In this document: piece by piece, positions 1 through 10,373 of the stretch
Position numbering within the stretch: position 1 is the first letter of the stretch
Layout of the letters: the number at the start of each line of letters is the position of its first letter
Origin: Candidatus Bathyarchaeota archaeon
GTDB taxonomy: Archaea; Thermoproteota; Bathyarchaeia; Bathyarchaeales; Bathycorpusculaceae
Assembly: GCA_963826715.1 (NCBI GenBank)
Contig: CAWGYA010000008.1
Location: forward strand, 1,024,001 to 1,088,000
Length of the DNA stretch: 64,000 nt
Reading direction: 5' to 3'
The notes under the pieces: generated by a model
Database searches by the model: none
Told to the model about the DNA's origin: nothing
What the model saw: only the letters and a program-made list of their open reading frames with translations
Program-made: the position numbers and the translations under genes

Positions 1-67
1 ACTCCATAAGAAGACACTTAAAAGTCGAAGTGGCACACTCAAAGAGGCTAATCCGCTTGAAATAAGC

Positions 68-481
68 TTGTTCCTGACCAAAAATGACACTTCAAGTTCT
101 CTTAAAGAGCTTCTTGTCCGCATGCTTGTACACTCTTTTATTCAACAGCAATATGAGTTCCATTTTAGAATAAGAGAGCAGACACTCTTTGAAGACATAC
201 TTGCTGATGAATTCATAACTTTTATGGTTGGTTTAATGGTTTTGGGTAGAAAGCCAACACGTCTTAATTGTGCAGAAGCCCTAGATCAAGCAATTTCGGA
301 GACGGTTTACAGACTATCACAGAAGGCACCTCGAAACAGACTGATAGATACAATGTACAAATCTTTCCAGGATTATCCAAATAAAATAAGAAAACGCAAC
401 GCTGATATTTTAGTAAACCGCGAAGAGATTATCGAAGAATTGTTACGATTTTTGCCGAAAACAGAAGAAGATTTAACTTAA
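68..481 (+). CDS. hypothetical protein (possibly part of an element inserted at the tRNA-Ser 3' end)
   Basis: 137-aa ORF with TTG start and no recognised motif; lies beyond the 3' end of tRNA-Ser. Confidence 0.35.
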   Translation: MFLTKNDTSSSLKELLVRMLVHSFIQQQYEFHFRIREQTLFEDILADEFITFMVGLMVLGRKPTRLNCAEALDQAISETVYRLSQKAPRNRLIDTMYKSFQDYPNKIRKRNADILVNREEIIEELLRFLPKTEEDLT

Positions 482-730
482 AATGATGATTGTACCCTTC
501 GGACTGATCAATTGAGTTTGGGGATCAGCTATTTCGTTGAGGTCCAGTTTTAAGGTTTTGGTTTTAAAGAATTTGGTTTCTTGCAAATTGTTTTGGCTTT
601 AATGATAGATGAACTGTTGTCTCCTGAGAATGCAAGATTTCGGGTGAATCAAATCTTTATTTATTCTAATGGAATTCATCAATTGAGTATTCTAGTTAAA
701 ATAAGGTTAAGAACAGTTTTGACCATTAAT

Positions 731-846
731 TGGCGCCGGGAGGGGGATTTGAACCCCCGCGGCCCCGAAAGACCACAAGCTAACAGGTTACACCCCTGAA
801 GAGTGAATCTCCAGGCTTGCTCCCTGCCTGGCTAGGAGACCCCGGC
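731..846 (-). tRNA. tRNA-Ser(GGA) with a 27-nt intron at canonical position 37/38 (782-808) and encoded CCA
   Basis: Reverse complement GCCGGGG...CAAGC-CT-GGA-G[intron]A-GCTTG, long variable arm, GGTTCAAATCC T-loop, CCCGGCG-CCA end. Confidence 0.93.
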
Positions 847-1435
847 ATCAAAGATTTGCAAGCTTTGTTTTGCACCACTTCTCTAACTTACGCGGAATTT
901 AAAGTTTTATTTTGAAAGTCCTGACCAGTCTACTAAAATATTCAATTAACACAGATGAGTCGGAGTTTTTGTGAATTGGAAGTTGACCGTTGCCCTGGTG
1001 AACAGTATTTTCTGAGGACTTACTTTAGGATTTTTCTTTAAAGAATTAACCTTAGCACTTTTTTTATTAAAATCCATATTTTCCTGAATAACCAACTCTC
1101 AACTTGGTATGCGCGAGGATTGATTTTTGCGATTGCAATGCTTCAAAGATGTCCGTCAAATGTCGCTTTCCAAAATATAGTTGCAGACACATTAAATTTG
1201 TTTTAGCGTTTGATCAAACAGAAGTAACAAGGGGTCGTCCAAAAATTGCATGAGCTACATTACTCACAAATAGAAAAGTATATCGAGAAACTAATGAAGT
1301 AGGGCCATAGACTTGACATAGATGAAACTTGCATATGTTAACGGAAAATACTTTGAAAATCTGAGTTGGTAGGGCAAAGATAAACCTTTTTTTAAAGTAG
1401 CTCTACATTATTTTCATAATGACGAAGGTTATAGC

Positions 1436-2218
1436 ATGAAGCTAAGTTTATCTAATGGCATTTTTAGCAAGCTACCAATAAACGAAAACTTCGGCGCTGT
1501 TAAACAATTGGGTTTTCATGATATAGAATTCAACATGAAATCCATCAAAAAAGAGCATGATACAGATGTTTATCGCGAACAGAAGGCTCTTGTAGCTTCA
1601 GGCTTAACTTGCTTAACCCTTCATTCAGCTGTGTTACATGTCAAAGATCCCATAGAGGTACATCAGGCAGTGTACTACGGCAAAATATCTCTTGAATGTG
1701 CTCACGCCCTTAAATCGCCTCTGATGACAGTGCATTCGAACGTTTCAAAGAAGTTACCTCAAAAAGTTCGGGAGGCGTGTCTAGAGTCGGTTTTTGGGGA
1801 AATTAAGCCTTTTGCGAAAAAGTTGGGTGTAAAATTATCGTTAGAGAATCTCTCGTTCAATTCGACAGGGTTTGGCAAGAATGCTGAGCAGTTAGATGAG
1901 GTTCTAAAGGTCATTGATTCTAAGGGCGAAATGGGAATTACCTTTGATTTATGCCATGCCTTGGAAACCAAAGTGGTGGATGAGCTCTTGGAGGATTATG
2001 GTAGGCGTGTTTGTAATGTGCATATGGCAAATATGTTCCATCGACCTTTCATGAATGAGACGCCTGAGTTGGTTGATTTTCTCTCGCAGTTACAAGGTTA
2101 CAATTATGACGGACCCATTACGTTAGAGTTGGACCGTAGTACATCAATGGCGGAAATTGTTAAAACCAAAACTTTCTTTGAAGGCCTTTTAAAAAAATTC
2201 CAAGAAAATGATTTTTAG
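1436..2218 (+). CDS. sugar phosphate isomerase/epimerase (AP endonuclease family 2 TIM barrel)
   Basis: LEN, DxxH, HM, TLE metal-binding motifs typical of xylose isomerase-like barrels. Confidence 0.8.
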   Translation: MKLSLSNGIFSKLPINENFGAVKQLGFHDIEFNMKSIKKEHDTDVYREQKALVASGLTCLTLHSAVLHVKDPIEVHQAVYYGKISLECAHALKSPLMTVHSNVSKKLPQKVREACLESVFGEIKPFAKKLGVKLSLENLSFNSTGFGKNAEQLDEVLKVIDSKGEMGITFDLCHALETKVVDELLEDYGRRVCNVHMANMFHRPFMNETPELVDFLSQLQGYNYDGPITLELDRSTSMAEIVKTKTFFEGLLKKFQENDF

Positions 2219-2292
2219 TTCGAGAGAAATTTTACAAAAAAGTCGGCATTTTTTTAAGGCGCTCCCTAAAATATCAATATACAATTTGCCGA

Positions 2293-4638
2293 GTGGAGTA
2301 TCGAGTGATGTTGCCTAACGATTATGTTATGGATCCTTCTGATTCCCAAATGGGCAGTGCAGATGCAGAAAAATCTGGCAGACAAAACGTAGTTGTTATT
2401 AGAAATGTTGTTTTGGTAATTGCTACCTTTGTTAGCTTGATAGGGCTGTATTATTTATCCAGATACAGTTTTCTGCTTTTCCACAATATAGTTGAAGTCT
2501 TCAGCATAGTTATAGCCTTGGCTATTTTTGTTATTGCGTGGAACACGAGAAAAATAAATGATAACAACTTTTTCCTTTTTATTGGAATAGCGTTTGTTTT
2601 CGTTGCTATCTTGGACCTTTTTCATACTCTCGCCTACAAAGGTATGGGTGTGTTTCCTGGCTATGTTGAATCCAATTTAGCGACCCAACTTTGGATTGCT
2701 ACGAGATATGTGCTAAGTTTCACGTTCCTGCTACCTCTTATCTTTATCAACCGCAAAATTAGGCCCACTTTAATCTTTGCAGGTTACGTTATGGCGACAG
2801 GACTGCTGCTCTTCTCAATTTTCTTCTGGCAGATTTTTCCCATATCTTATGATGTTAATGCTCAGAGCCTAACGACTTTTAAGGTCGCTAGCGAGTATGC
2901 TATTTCTTTCATAATTCTCGTAGCAATTGTTCGGTTGGTCACAAAACGGAACGACTTTAGTAGAAATATCTTCAAACTCTTGTTTGCTGCCATGGTTCTG
3001 GCAGTTGCAACAGAGATGTCCTTCACTCTTTACACTGACGTTTACGGCATCGTAAATATATTTGGACACATACTAAATGTGCTCTCATTTTATCTAATCT
3101 ACAGAGCGTTAGTTCAGACCAATCTCAACCAGCCATATGAAACATTGTTCCGCAACCTAAAGCGGAGCGAAATCAATTTATCAAAACAAGCTGAAGAATT
3201 AACGAAGGTTAACCAGAGACTCAAAGAAGAAGTCTCCCAACGCGAAGGCACTGAGGCGGTGCTACGGGAAAGTGAAAAGCGTCTGCAGCTAAAGCTTGAT
3301 TCGGTACTCTTGCCTGATGTGGAGTTGGCTGAGCAGGATCTCAAAAACATTATCGATACAACCTCTTTGCAGGCAATGATGGACAAGCTCTATCTGGTCA
3401 CCAAAAAGGGTTTTGCCCTAACAGACCTCAAAGGTAACGTTTTGGTGGCTACAGGTTGGCAGGACATCTGCACAAAATTCCATCGGGTAAATCCAGAAAC
3501 TTGCAGGAATTGCGTAGAAAGTGATTTGGAACTTTCAAACAGCCTCAGTCAGGGGGAAATACGCCTATACAAATGTAAAAATAACATGTGGGATATAGTA
3601 ACTCCTCTTTTCCTCGGCAAAAAACACGTTGGAAACGTTTTCTTTGGTCAATTTTTCTTCGATGATGAAGAACCCGATAGGGTATTGTTTGCAACTCAAG
3701 CAGAAAAATATGGTTTTGACAAAAAAGCATACCTTGAAGCGTTTGACCGCGTTCCAAGATGCAGCAGAAATGATATGAAAAGTTTGATGATATTCTATTC
3801 TCAGCTTTCTGAAATAATCTCGAAATTAAGTCATGGCAATCTCACACTCGCCAAATCTCTATGCGCCCAAAAAGAACTCCAGACTAAACTTGAAGAAAAA
3901 GCAGGTGAAATTGAAGAATACGCTTCTCGAATGGAAGAGTTAGCTGAAGACCGAGCTAAACAACTCAAAGACACCGAACGGTTATCCGCGATTGGCGCCA
4001 CAGCTGGGATGGTGGGACATGATATCCGGAATCCCCTTCAGGCAATAACCAGCGAATTGTATCTTGAAAGGCTGGAAATAGACGACTTGCCAGGGGGTGA
4101 AGCCAAAGATAGTCTGCTAGGAAGCATACGCAGCATAGAAGAGAACTTATTCTACATAAATAAGATAGTCGCGGACCTGCAAGATTTCGCTAAACCCTTA
4201 AACCCCAAAAAAGAAGAGGTGAATATAAAAAAGATTATTGAAGATGCCCTTGCAATGATACAACTTCCGTCAACCATAAAATTGAAAGTATCTACAAAAG
4301 AAGACCTGCCGCCTTTAATTGCTGACTCTACTATGATAAAACGTGTTTTAATCAATTTAGTACAGAACGCGGTTCAAGCAATGCCTAACGGGGGAGATTT
4401 AAAAATCAATGCTGCCAATATAGGGCATAAAATAGAAATCTCAGTAGAGGACACTGGTGAGGGCATTTCTAAAGAGGTTCAGGCGAAACTATTCACGCCT
4501 TTAATGACAACTAAAGCGAAGGGTCAAGGTTTCGGTTTAGCGGTTGTTAAACGTATGACGGAAGCGATGGATGGAAACATCGTGTTTGAAACTCAGATAG
4601 GCAAAGGAACAATATTCACATTATTCTTTTCAGAGTGA
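2293..4638 (+). CDS. sensor histidine kinase, MASE3 + PocR + HisKA/HATPase
   Basis: N-terminal multi-TM region (LLFHNIVE, DLFHTLAYKGM), PocR-like DICTKFHR...C, H-box GHDIRNPL, N/G boxes (NAVQA, DTGEG, GQGFGL). Confidence 0.88.
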   Translation: MEYRVMLPNDYVMDPSDSQMGSADAEKSGRQNVVVIRNVVLVIATFVSLIGLYYLSRYSFLLFHNIVEVFSIVIALAIFVIAWNTRKINDNNFFLFIGIAFVFVAILDLFHTLAYKGMGVFPGYVESNLATQLWIATRYVLSFTFLLPLIFINRKIRPTLIFAGYVMATGLLLFSIFFWQIFPISYDVNAQSLTTFKVASEYAISFIILVAIVRLVTKRNDFSRNIFKLLFAAMVLAVATEMSFTLYTDVYGIVNIFGHILNVLSFYLIYRALVQTNLNQPYETLFRNLKRSEINLSKQAEELTKVNQRLKEEVSQREGTEAVLRESEKRLQLKLDSVLLPDVELAEQDLKNIIDTTSLQAMMDKLYLVTKKGFALTDLKGNVLVATGWQDICTKFHRVNPETCRNCVESDLELSNSLSQGEIRLYKCKNNMWDIVTPLFLGKKHVGNVFFGQFFFDDEEPDRVLFATQAEKYGFDKKAYLEAFDRVPRCSRNDMKSLMIFYSQLSEIISKLSHGNLTLAKSLCAQKELQTKLEEKAGEIEEYASRMEELAEDRAKQLKDTERLSAIGATAGMVGHDIRNPLQAITSELYLERLEIDDLPGGEAKDSLLGSIRSIEENLFYINKIVADLQDFAKPLNPKKEEVNIKKIIEDALAMIQLPSTIKLKVSTKEDLPPLIADSTMIKRVLINLVQNAVQAMPNGGDLKINAANIGHKIEISVEDTGEGISKEVQAKLFTPLMTTKAKGQGFGLAVVKRMTEAMDGNIVFETQIGKGTIFTLFFSE

Positions 4639-4642
4639 TCTG

Positions 4643-5491
4643 CTATTTTTTGAAGCATACTGAAGCGTAGCCCACAACGTCAGGGTCACCGGTGACTTCG
4701 CCACTGTTGTGGTAGCTAAGCAGTTGAGCTTTGGCGTTTATGCCAACGGCATAGGTGATTAAGCTGGTTATGGGTGCATAGCCACAGGCTGAAATGTTCT
4801 GTTTCTCGATTGTTTCATAGAATCCCTTAGCGTCTAAGGAGGTCACGTGTTTGAGCGCGGCATGGTCTTTGATTGAAGCTGACTCTGCGGATTCGTAGTG
4901 AGTCATGTCGGAGGAGGCGATTACGACTGAATTGGTGGATTCCAGTACCTCCGTTAGCGCTCGACCGATTTCAACAGCTGATTTGTAGTCCTGCATTAAA
5001 TAGGCGATGGGTACTATTTTGAAGTTGTTACCGTAAAGGAACTGTAGAAAAGGTAGCTGTACTTCAAGGGAATGCTCAAAGCGATGCGATAGATCATCTA
5101 CATCTAAAACTGTGGTTTCAGCTAAAATTTCATCCGCAAGTGCTAAATCAATTTCCACGTTGCCCAAAGGAGTCTGCCAGGTGCCTTCTCTCATGACAGA
5201 GAGCGCACTGCCATATCCAGTGTGGTTGGGTCCTAATAGAATAAATGTGTCTGGTTTGCCATCTTGGGCTAATTCAAAATAACCAGATGCTGCCACGGGA
5301 CCTGAATAGGGATAGCCTGCGTGGGGAGAAATTAAACCCACAATTTTGCGTGGGTGATTATGCAAGTTTACAGTGGGGAGTTTTTGTGGTCCAAGTTTGT
5401 GGAGGAAGCATGAGGTAAGTTGTGCTTTGAGTGCTTCGGCGTTGCCCTCATAAAATTGAGAAGCGCCAATTGGACGCCGAAGGGTGGGCAA
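4643..5491 (-). CDS. MEMO1 family protein (AmmeMemoRadiSam system protein B)
   Basis: PHAGYxYSG, GPNHTG, EHSLEVQLPFLQ, SSDMTHY; conserved position after rps2; TTG start inferred. Confidence 0.9.
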   Translation of the reverse strand: MPTLRRPIGASQFYEGNAEALKAQLTSCFLHKLGPQKLPTVNLHNHPRKIVGLISPHAGYPYSGPVAASGYFELAQDGKPDTFILLGPNHTGYGSALSVMREGTWQTPLGNVEIDLALADEILAETTVLDVDDLSHRFEHSLEVQLPFLQFLYGNNFKIVPIAYLMQDYKSAVEIGRALTEVLESTNSVVIASSDMTHYESAESASIKDHAALKHVTSLDAKGFYETIEKQNISACGYAPITSLITYAVGINAKAQLLSYHNSGEVTGDPDVVGYASVCFKK

Positions 5492-5495
5492 ATTT

Positions 5496-6332
5496 TTAGG
5501 TGTCCTCCTCATCATCTCGCGTGACTTTCGCTTCGAAGTCTTCGATGCTTACTGGCGGATCACGATCGGGTGCAAGTTCGCCTCTTTCGCGTAGTACTTG
5601 TCTTGCGAGAAGCCAGAAGATTACAGCTAGTGCGCGTCTGCCTTTGTTATTGGTTGGAATAACTATGTCTACTCCTGAGAATTCGTTGTCAGTGCTACAG
5701 AGTGCGACGATAGGAATGCCTACGTTGCTAGCTTCTTTTACTGCTTGGGCATCTGCACGTGGGTCTGAGACAACAATTACTTCTGGGTCAACTCGGTTGC
5801 TGTATTGTGGGTTAGAGAGCTGACCAGGTATGAATCTGCCGATGAGAGGTGTTGCACCTGTGAGTTTGCAGAACATTCGGACTGGTTCATGAGCGTAGAG
5901 CCTTGTGGCTGCAACTGCGACTTTGCTGGGTTCATAGCGTGAGAGAAACTTTGCGGTTGTGCGGATGCGGTCATCTGTTTTTTTGACGTCAAGTACGAAC
6001 AAGCCGTCTGGGCGGACACGATAGATGAAGGGTTCCATGTCAAGTGTCTTCATCCTTGTGCCGATGTGGATGCCTGCAGATAGAAGGGTATCTCTTGGTA
6101 GAAGGAGAGTTTCTTCAGATGCTGAAGATTCTTGAACTTCAGCTTCTTCTTCATTTTCTTCTATTGATTGTTGCGGTGCAACTTCGATGACTTCAGCTTC
6201 AGTTTCATTGGTAATTGGAGTACAGATTTCTTCTTCCTGTGGGGTGGACCCTACAGTTTCTTCTACTTGTTCCTCTGTCTCTTCTTCTTGGTTCTCTTCT
6301 GGTTGATTTTCTTTTACTTGGTCTTCAGACAT
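5496..6332 (-). CDS. rps2: 30S ribosomal protein uS2 with long acidic N-terminal extension
   Basis: LSAGIHIGT, GRFIPG, PTNNKGRRAL motifs. Confidence 0.95.
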   Translation of the reverse strand: MSEDQVKENQPEENQEEETEEQVEETVGSTPQEEEICTPITNETEAEVIEVAPQQSIEENEEEAEVQESSASEETLLLPRDTLLSAGIHIGTRMKTLDMEPFIYRVRPDGLFVLDVKKTDDRIRTTAKFLSRYEPSKVAVAATRLYAHEPVRMFCKLTGATPLIGRFIPGQLSNPQYSNRVDPEVIVVSDPRADAQAVKEASNVGIPIVALCSTDNEFSGVDIVIPTNNKGRRALAVIFWLLARQVLRERGELAPDRDPPVSIEDFEAKVTRDDEEDT

Positions 6333-6347
6333 TCTTCATCTTCTCAT

Positions 6348-7601
6348 TTAGCGTATATTTAAGTCAGCCATTTTGGCTCTATCACCGAGGAAATGCTCAA
6401 TGCGAATGAGCTCATTTAACTTGGCTATACGTGCACCTTCCACCACGCCTGTTTTAATGATAGGACATTTATAGGCAACGGCTAGATGTGCTATATGCCA
6501 GTCGCATGTATCACCGCTCCGGTGGGAAACGATGGCGCTATAACCGTTACGCTGGGCTGTCTCGATTGTTTCAGATGCGTCGGTTAAGGTTCCTATCTGG
6601 TTGACTTTGATGATGATAGCGTTTCCAGCGTTAATCCTTATTCCATTATTTAACCTTTCAGTATTAGTTGTGAATAAATCGTCTCCACAGATCAAGGAAT
6701 TTTTAGATTTATTAGTAAGTTCTGCGAAACTGTCGAAGTCATCTTCATGAAATGGATCTTCTACGTATGAAAGGTGATACTTTTCGATAAGTTCACGCAT
6801 ATATTCAAGTTGCTCGGCAGTGTCCCGTTTTTTACCCTCGGTTTCATAGATATATTTTTCTTCTTTAGCTTTCCAAAAGCTTGAGGCTGCAACATCTATA
6901 CCAAAGCCGCATTCAAAGTCAAGTTCATTGCCCACTTCTTCACATGCACGAGAGATAACTTCAAAGGCGTCATCGGTTTCAATGTTAGCAATCCATGCAC
7001 CTTCGTCACTTTTGCCACCATTAAAAGTGGTGCTTTTCTTTTTCAATAAATCGCCAATTTTTTTATGGATTTGTGTGTTGGCGGTTTGGGCTTCCAGGAA
7101 ACTTTCAGCACCATGTGGAAGCGCAAGATATTCTTGAATGGCTGGGGCTTTACCGCGGGCGTGAGCACCGCCACTTATGCAGTTCCCCAATGGGTAGGGC
7201 ATAGTGGTTGCGGCGTTTCCACCAATGAATTGAAACAAAAGTAGCCCATGGCTGTTTGCGGCTGCCTCTGCATTTGCAAGGCTGATTGCGAATGCAGTGT
7301 TACCGCCGATGTTTTTGAAATCTGATGTACCATCTATCTCATGTAGCGTGTTATCGATTTCCTCTTGAAAGTCAGAGTTTAGTCCTGCGAGTTCTGGGGC
7401 AATAAGATCGTCAACTTTTTTGATAGCGGCTTCCACACCGCCTGAAGGGTAGTAGATGACTTCAGCCTTACCGCGGCTTTTGCCTGCTGGTGCACCTGAA
7501 CGCCCAAATCCGCCGGCTGTGATAACATCAACTTCTATGGTTTCTTCTCCACGATTATTGAAAATTTTTCTAGCGATGAGGTCCTCAATGATAGATGACA
7601 C
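6348..7601 (-). CDS. eno: enolase
   Basis: RGEETIEVDV, EDPFHEDDF, GDDLF, KVNQIGTL, SHRSGDT, KLNELIRIE. Confidence 0.95.
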   Translation of the reverse strand: MSSIIEDLIARKIFNNRGEETIEVDVITAGGFGRSGAPAGKSRGKAEVIYYPSGGVEAAIKKVDDLIAPELAGLNSDFQEEIDNTLHEIDGTSDFKNIGGNTAFAISLANAEAAANSHGLLLFQFIGGNAATTMPYPLGNCISGGAHARGKAPAIQEYLALPHGAESFLEAQTANTQIHKKIGDLLKKKSTTFNGGKSDEGAWIANIETDDAFEVISRACEEVGNELDFECGFGIDVAASSFWKAKEEKYIYETEGKKRDTAEQLEYMRELIEKYHLSYVEDPFHEDDFDSFAELTNKSKNSLICGDDLFTTNTERLNNGIRINAGNAIIIKVNQIGTLTDASETIETAQRNGYSAIVSHRSGDTCDWHIAHLAVAYKCPIIKTGVVEGARIAKLNELIRIEHFLGDRAKMADLNIR

Positions 7602-7979
7602 GCAACATTAACCTCAAGAGGCTATAGTTTTGTTACCAGCTTATTTTATGTTTCGGAAGACTTTTTCAATGCATCTGACATCTGCTGCATAAAATCTTCT
7701 TTGCAAATTCTAAATGATTGTAAATGTTTGCAGCTACTTCTTCTATTTGTTCACTCATTGCATTCTAAAGTAATAATGTTATGATTCTTTTTTTGAAGAT
7801 GTTACTGAATTTTAAAATCAAAATACGTTACTTAAAATATCATATACTTTACTTGTGGACTTTCTCATTGTGTTGATACAAGTTTTACCTAGTTAGAATA
7901 ATCTTAAATGCCGGTTTTAAGTCTGAATTTGACAAGGTTTTTATGGATGCAACGGAAATACTGTTTGCACTAGTAATGT

Positions 7980-8057
7980 GGGGCCTTCGGCTAGCTTGGT
8001 CCAGGCTTGTAGACTTGGGCTCTATAGACTCCGGTTCAAATCCGGGAGGCCCCACCA
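7980..8057 (+). tRNA. tRNA-Pro(TGG) with encoded CCA
   Basis: GGGGCCT/AGGCCCC acceptor stem, GTAGA-CT-TGG-GC-TCTAT anticodon arm, GGTTCAAATCC, ACCA end. Confidence 0.93.
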
Positions 8058-8210
8058 TTCACAATATTGGTTAATTGCTTTTTTAGGTTTAGTGCCGAAA
8101 ACCGCCTATTCATTCAGCTCGTAAGTTGCTGCTTTTTTAGTTTTGGTACTTTTATTGTTGTTTATTTGAAGTGGCTAACCCTGCAGTGGCTTCAGCTCAT
8201 TACGTCTTAA

Positions 8211-8732
8211 TTAATGTCGTAACAATTCTCTTGTAAATAACCCAACTTTTTTGTCTGTAATTGGAAGCCCCGTTTTTGCTGCGACTATTTCCATTGTGTC
8301 TTTCACAATGTTTTGAGCAGCTTTTGCCACTTCTTCTGAGACCCCCATTTCGCCACTAAAAATGCCTTTGCAGTTTTTGACTGCGGCTGGATTTAACTCA
8401 ATAATAATCCTCTCTGCTTTATAATCAAAGTCCTTTATAATAAAGGGGTCCAAAATACAAATTGACGGTTTGATGTCCTGAATTTTACATGTGTTTAACT
8501 TGCTTAAAAAGAAACATCTCCCGTCTTTCTTTCTGCGAATACTTCTGTTATTAGAATCATTTGGCGATTCCAAAAAATTAACAAACCCCTTGGCTTCAAT
8601 CCTTAATTGTTCCTTCAAATTAATGTCCGAAGGCTGATCTCTACAACAAACCCCACATTTCTTGCAATGAAAACTAGTCGACTCTGGAAATGTGACATTT
8701 CCATATTCCATATTAACCATAATTTTACACAT
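8211..8732 (-). CDS. YkgJ family cysteine cluster protein
   Basis: FHCKKCGVCC...CFFL...C.I...KP.IC...P pattern. Confidence 0.8.
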   Translation of the reverse strand: MCKIMVNMEYGNVTFPESTSFHCKKCGVCCRDQPSDINLKEQLRIEAKGFVNFLESPNDSNNRSIRRKKDGRCFFLSKLNTCKIQDIKPSICILDPFIIKDFDYKAERIIIELNPAAVKNCKGIFSGEMGVSEEVAKAAQNIVKDTMEIVAAKTGLPITDKKVGLFTRELLRH

Positions 8733-8882
8733 TTATAATAATAGAAAGTCAAAGTTTTTAGTCTATCCTAAAAAGATTTCCCATTTTTGCCAAATTGGCT
8801 TTCGATTATTTTGTTTTTGGAAAATCTCTTAATTTCACTAGTTTTTAATACCCGACTATTTGACTCTTATCTGAGGATCCAC

Positions 8883-9227
8883 TTGCTCTTTAAACACAAA
8901 AATAAATCTCAACCCCATCTTCAAGTAGACTTAGGCGATCTGCAAAATGAAAGGCAGCGACTGAGCGATTTTATCCAATTACACCTAAAAGTTTCCGTTT
9001 CCAAAGAGGGTGACAAATTGGTGGTAAATTCCGATAAGGTGAACCTTCAGGAATTGCAACATACTGTAAACAAGTTTGTTTACCATCGAGACCTAAACGG
9101 TACTTATTGGGTCTCAGCGGAAGGTTCAATTGTGAAAATTAATCGCTTCAAAGGCAAAGAAAAGAAAAAAGAGCATCATGAGACGGAGTTGCCGCATCAA
9201 ACCGCCATCCAAAGCTGGGGACTATAG
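8883..9227 (+). CDS. eL22 (L22e)-like protein
   Basis: VDL...LSDFI...KVSV...KLVV...KFVYHRDL...YWV pattern recalls the eL22 family; TTG start inferred; no search run. Confidence 0.5.
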   Translation: MLFKHKNKSQPHLQVDLGDLQNERQRLSDFIQLHLKVSVSKEGDKLVVNSDKVNLQELQHTVNKFVYHRDLNGTYWVSAEGSIVKINRFKGKEKKKEHHETELPHQTAIQSWGL

Positions 9228-9332
9228 AAAAATAGATATAACCATTAATTTGTTAGCGTGCTTCTAAACCTAATTTTATATGACCGCAAATCTTAAAACT
9301 AAATCTCCTTTACTTGTAATTGAGGAAACCTA

Positions 9333-9677
9333 ATGGTTTATTGTAGTAGATGCGGCACCCAAAATCCCGATACTCACACTCATTGCACTAACTGTGGCGC
9401 ACCCCTCTACACGGTAGGTCAACGCTACCCCGGAAGTGACAGAGAACATTACCGTCGAGTGGAAAATGAATGCTTCGGCTTGCCCAACGGAGGCATGATT
9501 GTGAGCATCGTTATTGGTTTAATAATCGTTCTTGTAGGGTTAGGTTTGTTCTTGCAAGCTACATATGGCATATCGGTGGATATATGGCCCTTCATAATAA
9601 TTATCTTCGGGGTGCTTATTGTGCTTGGTGGAATTTTTGGTCGGAGGCGACGTAATGAACGTCCTTCGAAGTCCTAA
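9333..9677 (+). CDS. zinc-ribbon membrane protein
   Basis: YCSRCG...CTNCG followed by two TM helices. Confidence 0.75.
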   Translation: MVYCSRCGTQNPDTHTHCTNCGAPLYTVGQRYPGSDREHYRRVENECFGLPNGGMIVSIVIGLIIVLVGLGLFLQATYGISVDIWPFIIIIFGVLIVLGGIFGRRRRNERPSKS

Positions 9678-10365
9678 AACAGCGTCCACACTCCAAACAC
9701 GTTTTTTTATTGTTCCATTCTGAGAGCAAAATCCTAAACCATAACATAAATACTATCAATCCGAGGACGTAGCTATCAATAAGCAAGCTTTGACCAACTA
9801 AGTCTGTCGTAATCATACTAATACAGGATCCAATCACGAATAATGTATTTGCCGCCATTTTGGCGTAATCCCTTAGTTTTATTTGAACTAAACCCGCGAG
9901 CATCATAATTTCTCCTGTTATCAAAATCCATAATTCTCCTGTTTGAAAATCAAAAAAATTTAAAGAAAACAAAGTTATCCCAGCCATGGCAATTGTGGCT
10001 CCGAAAAGTAAACCACTACAGGCGGCACAAAAAACCGAGCCTCTTATTGTGATTCGATTAGACGAAAACTTTTCACAGTTTGGATGGTGCCCTTTAAGCT
10101 GGTCTTCTAAATTTGTTGGGTTCTCAGAGTTTTGGTTGCTTCTTGGATTTTGGAAAATCATACGACACTTACCTGGATAAAAAACCGCAACTACGCCCAA
10201 GACACAAATAACACTATAAATAGTGCCTACGAGCGGTCGCCGAATATATGAGGGATCTATTTGCAGATTGGGCTGTAGCAAAAGAATAGGGACAAGCACT
10301 AATCCAAAAAGTGAAGCCCCAAATAAAAACGGCAAGAAAAACTTGGAGGATATAGATTGAGTCAT
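9616..10365 (-). CDS. Cys/His-containing multi-pass membrane protein
   Basis: Several TM helices with GHHPNC, FCAACSG and C-terminal CxxC; directly downstream of the B12 radical SAM gene. Confidence 0.6.
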   Translation of the reverse strand: MTQSISSKFFLPFLFGASLFGLVLVPILLLQPNLQIDPSYIRRPLVGTIYSVICVLGVVAVFYPGKCRMIFQNPRSNQNSENPTNLEDQLKGHHPNCEKFSSNRITIRGSVFCAACSGLLFGATIAMAGITLFSLNFFDFQTGELWILITGEIMMLAGLVQIKLRDYAKMAANTLFVIGSCISMITTDLVGQSLLIDSYVLGLIVFMLWFRILLSEWNNKKTCLECGRCFRTSKDVHYVASDQKFHQAQ

Positions 10366-10373
10366 GGTTTTTC

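Noticed and set aside
581-799. 72-aa ORF
   Set aside because: Overlaps tRNA-Ser on the opposite strand; likely spurious.
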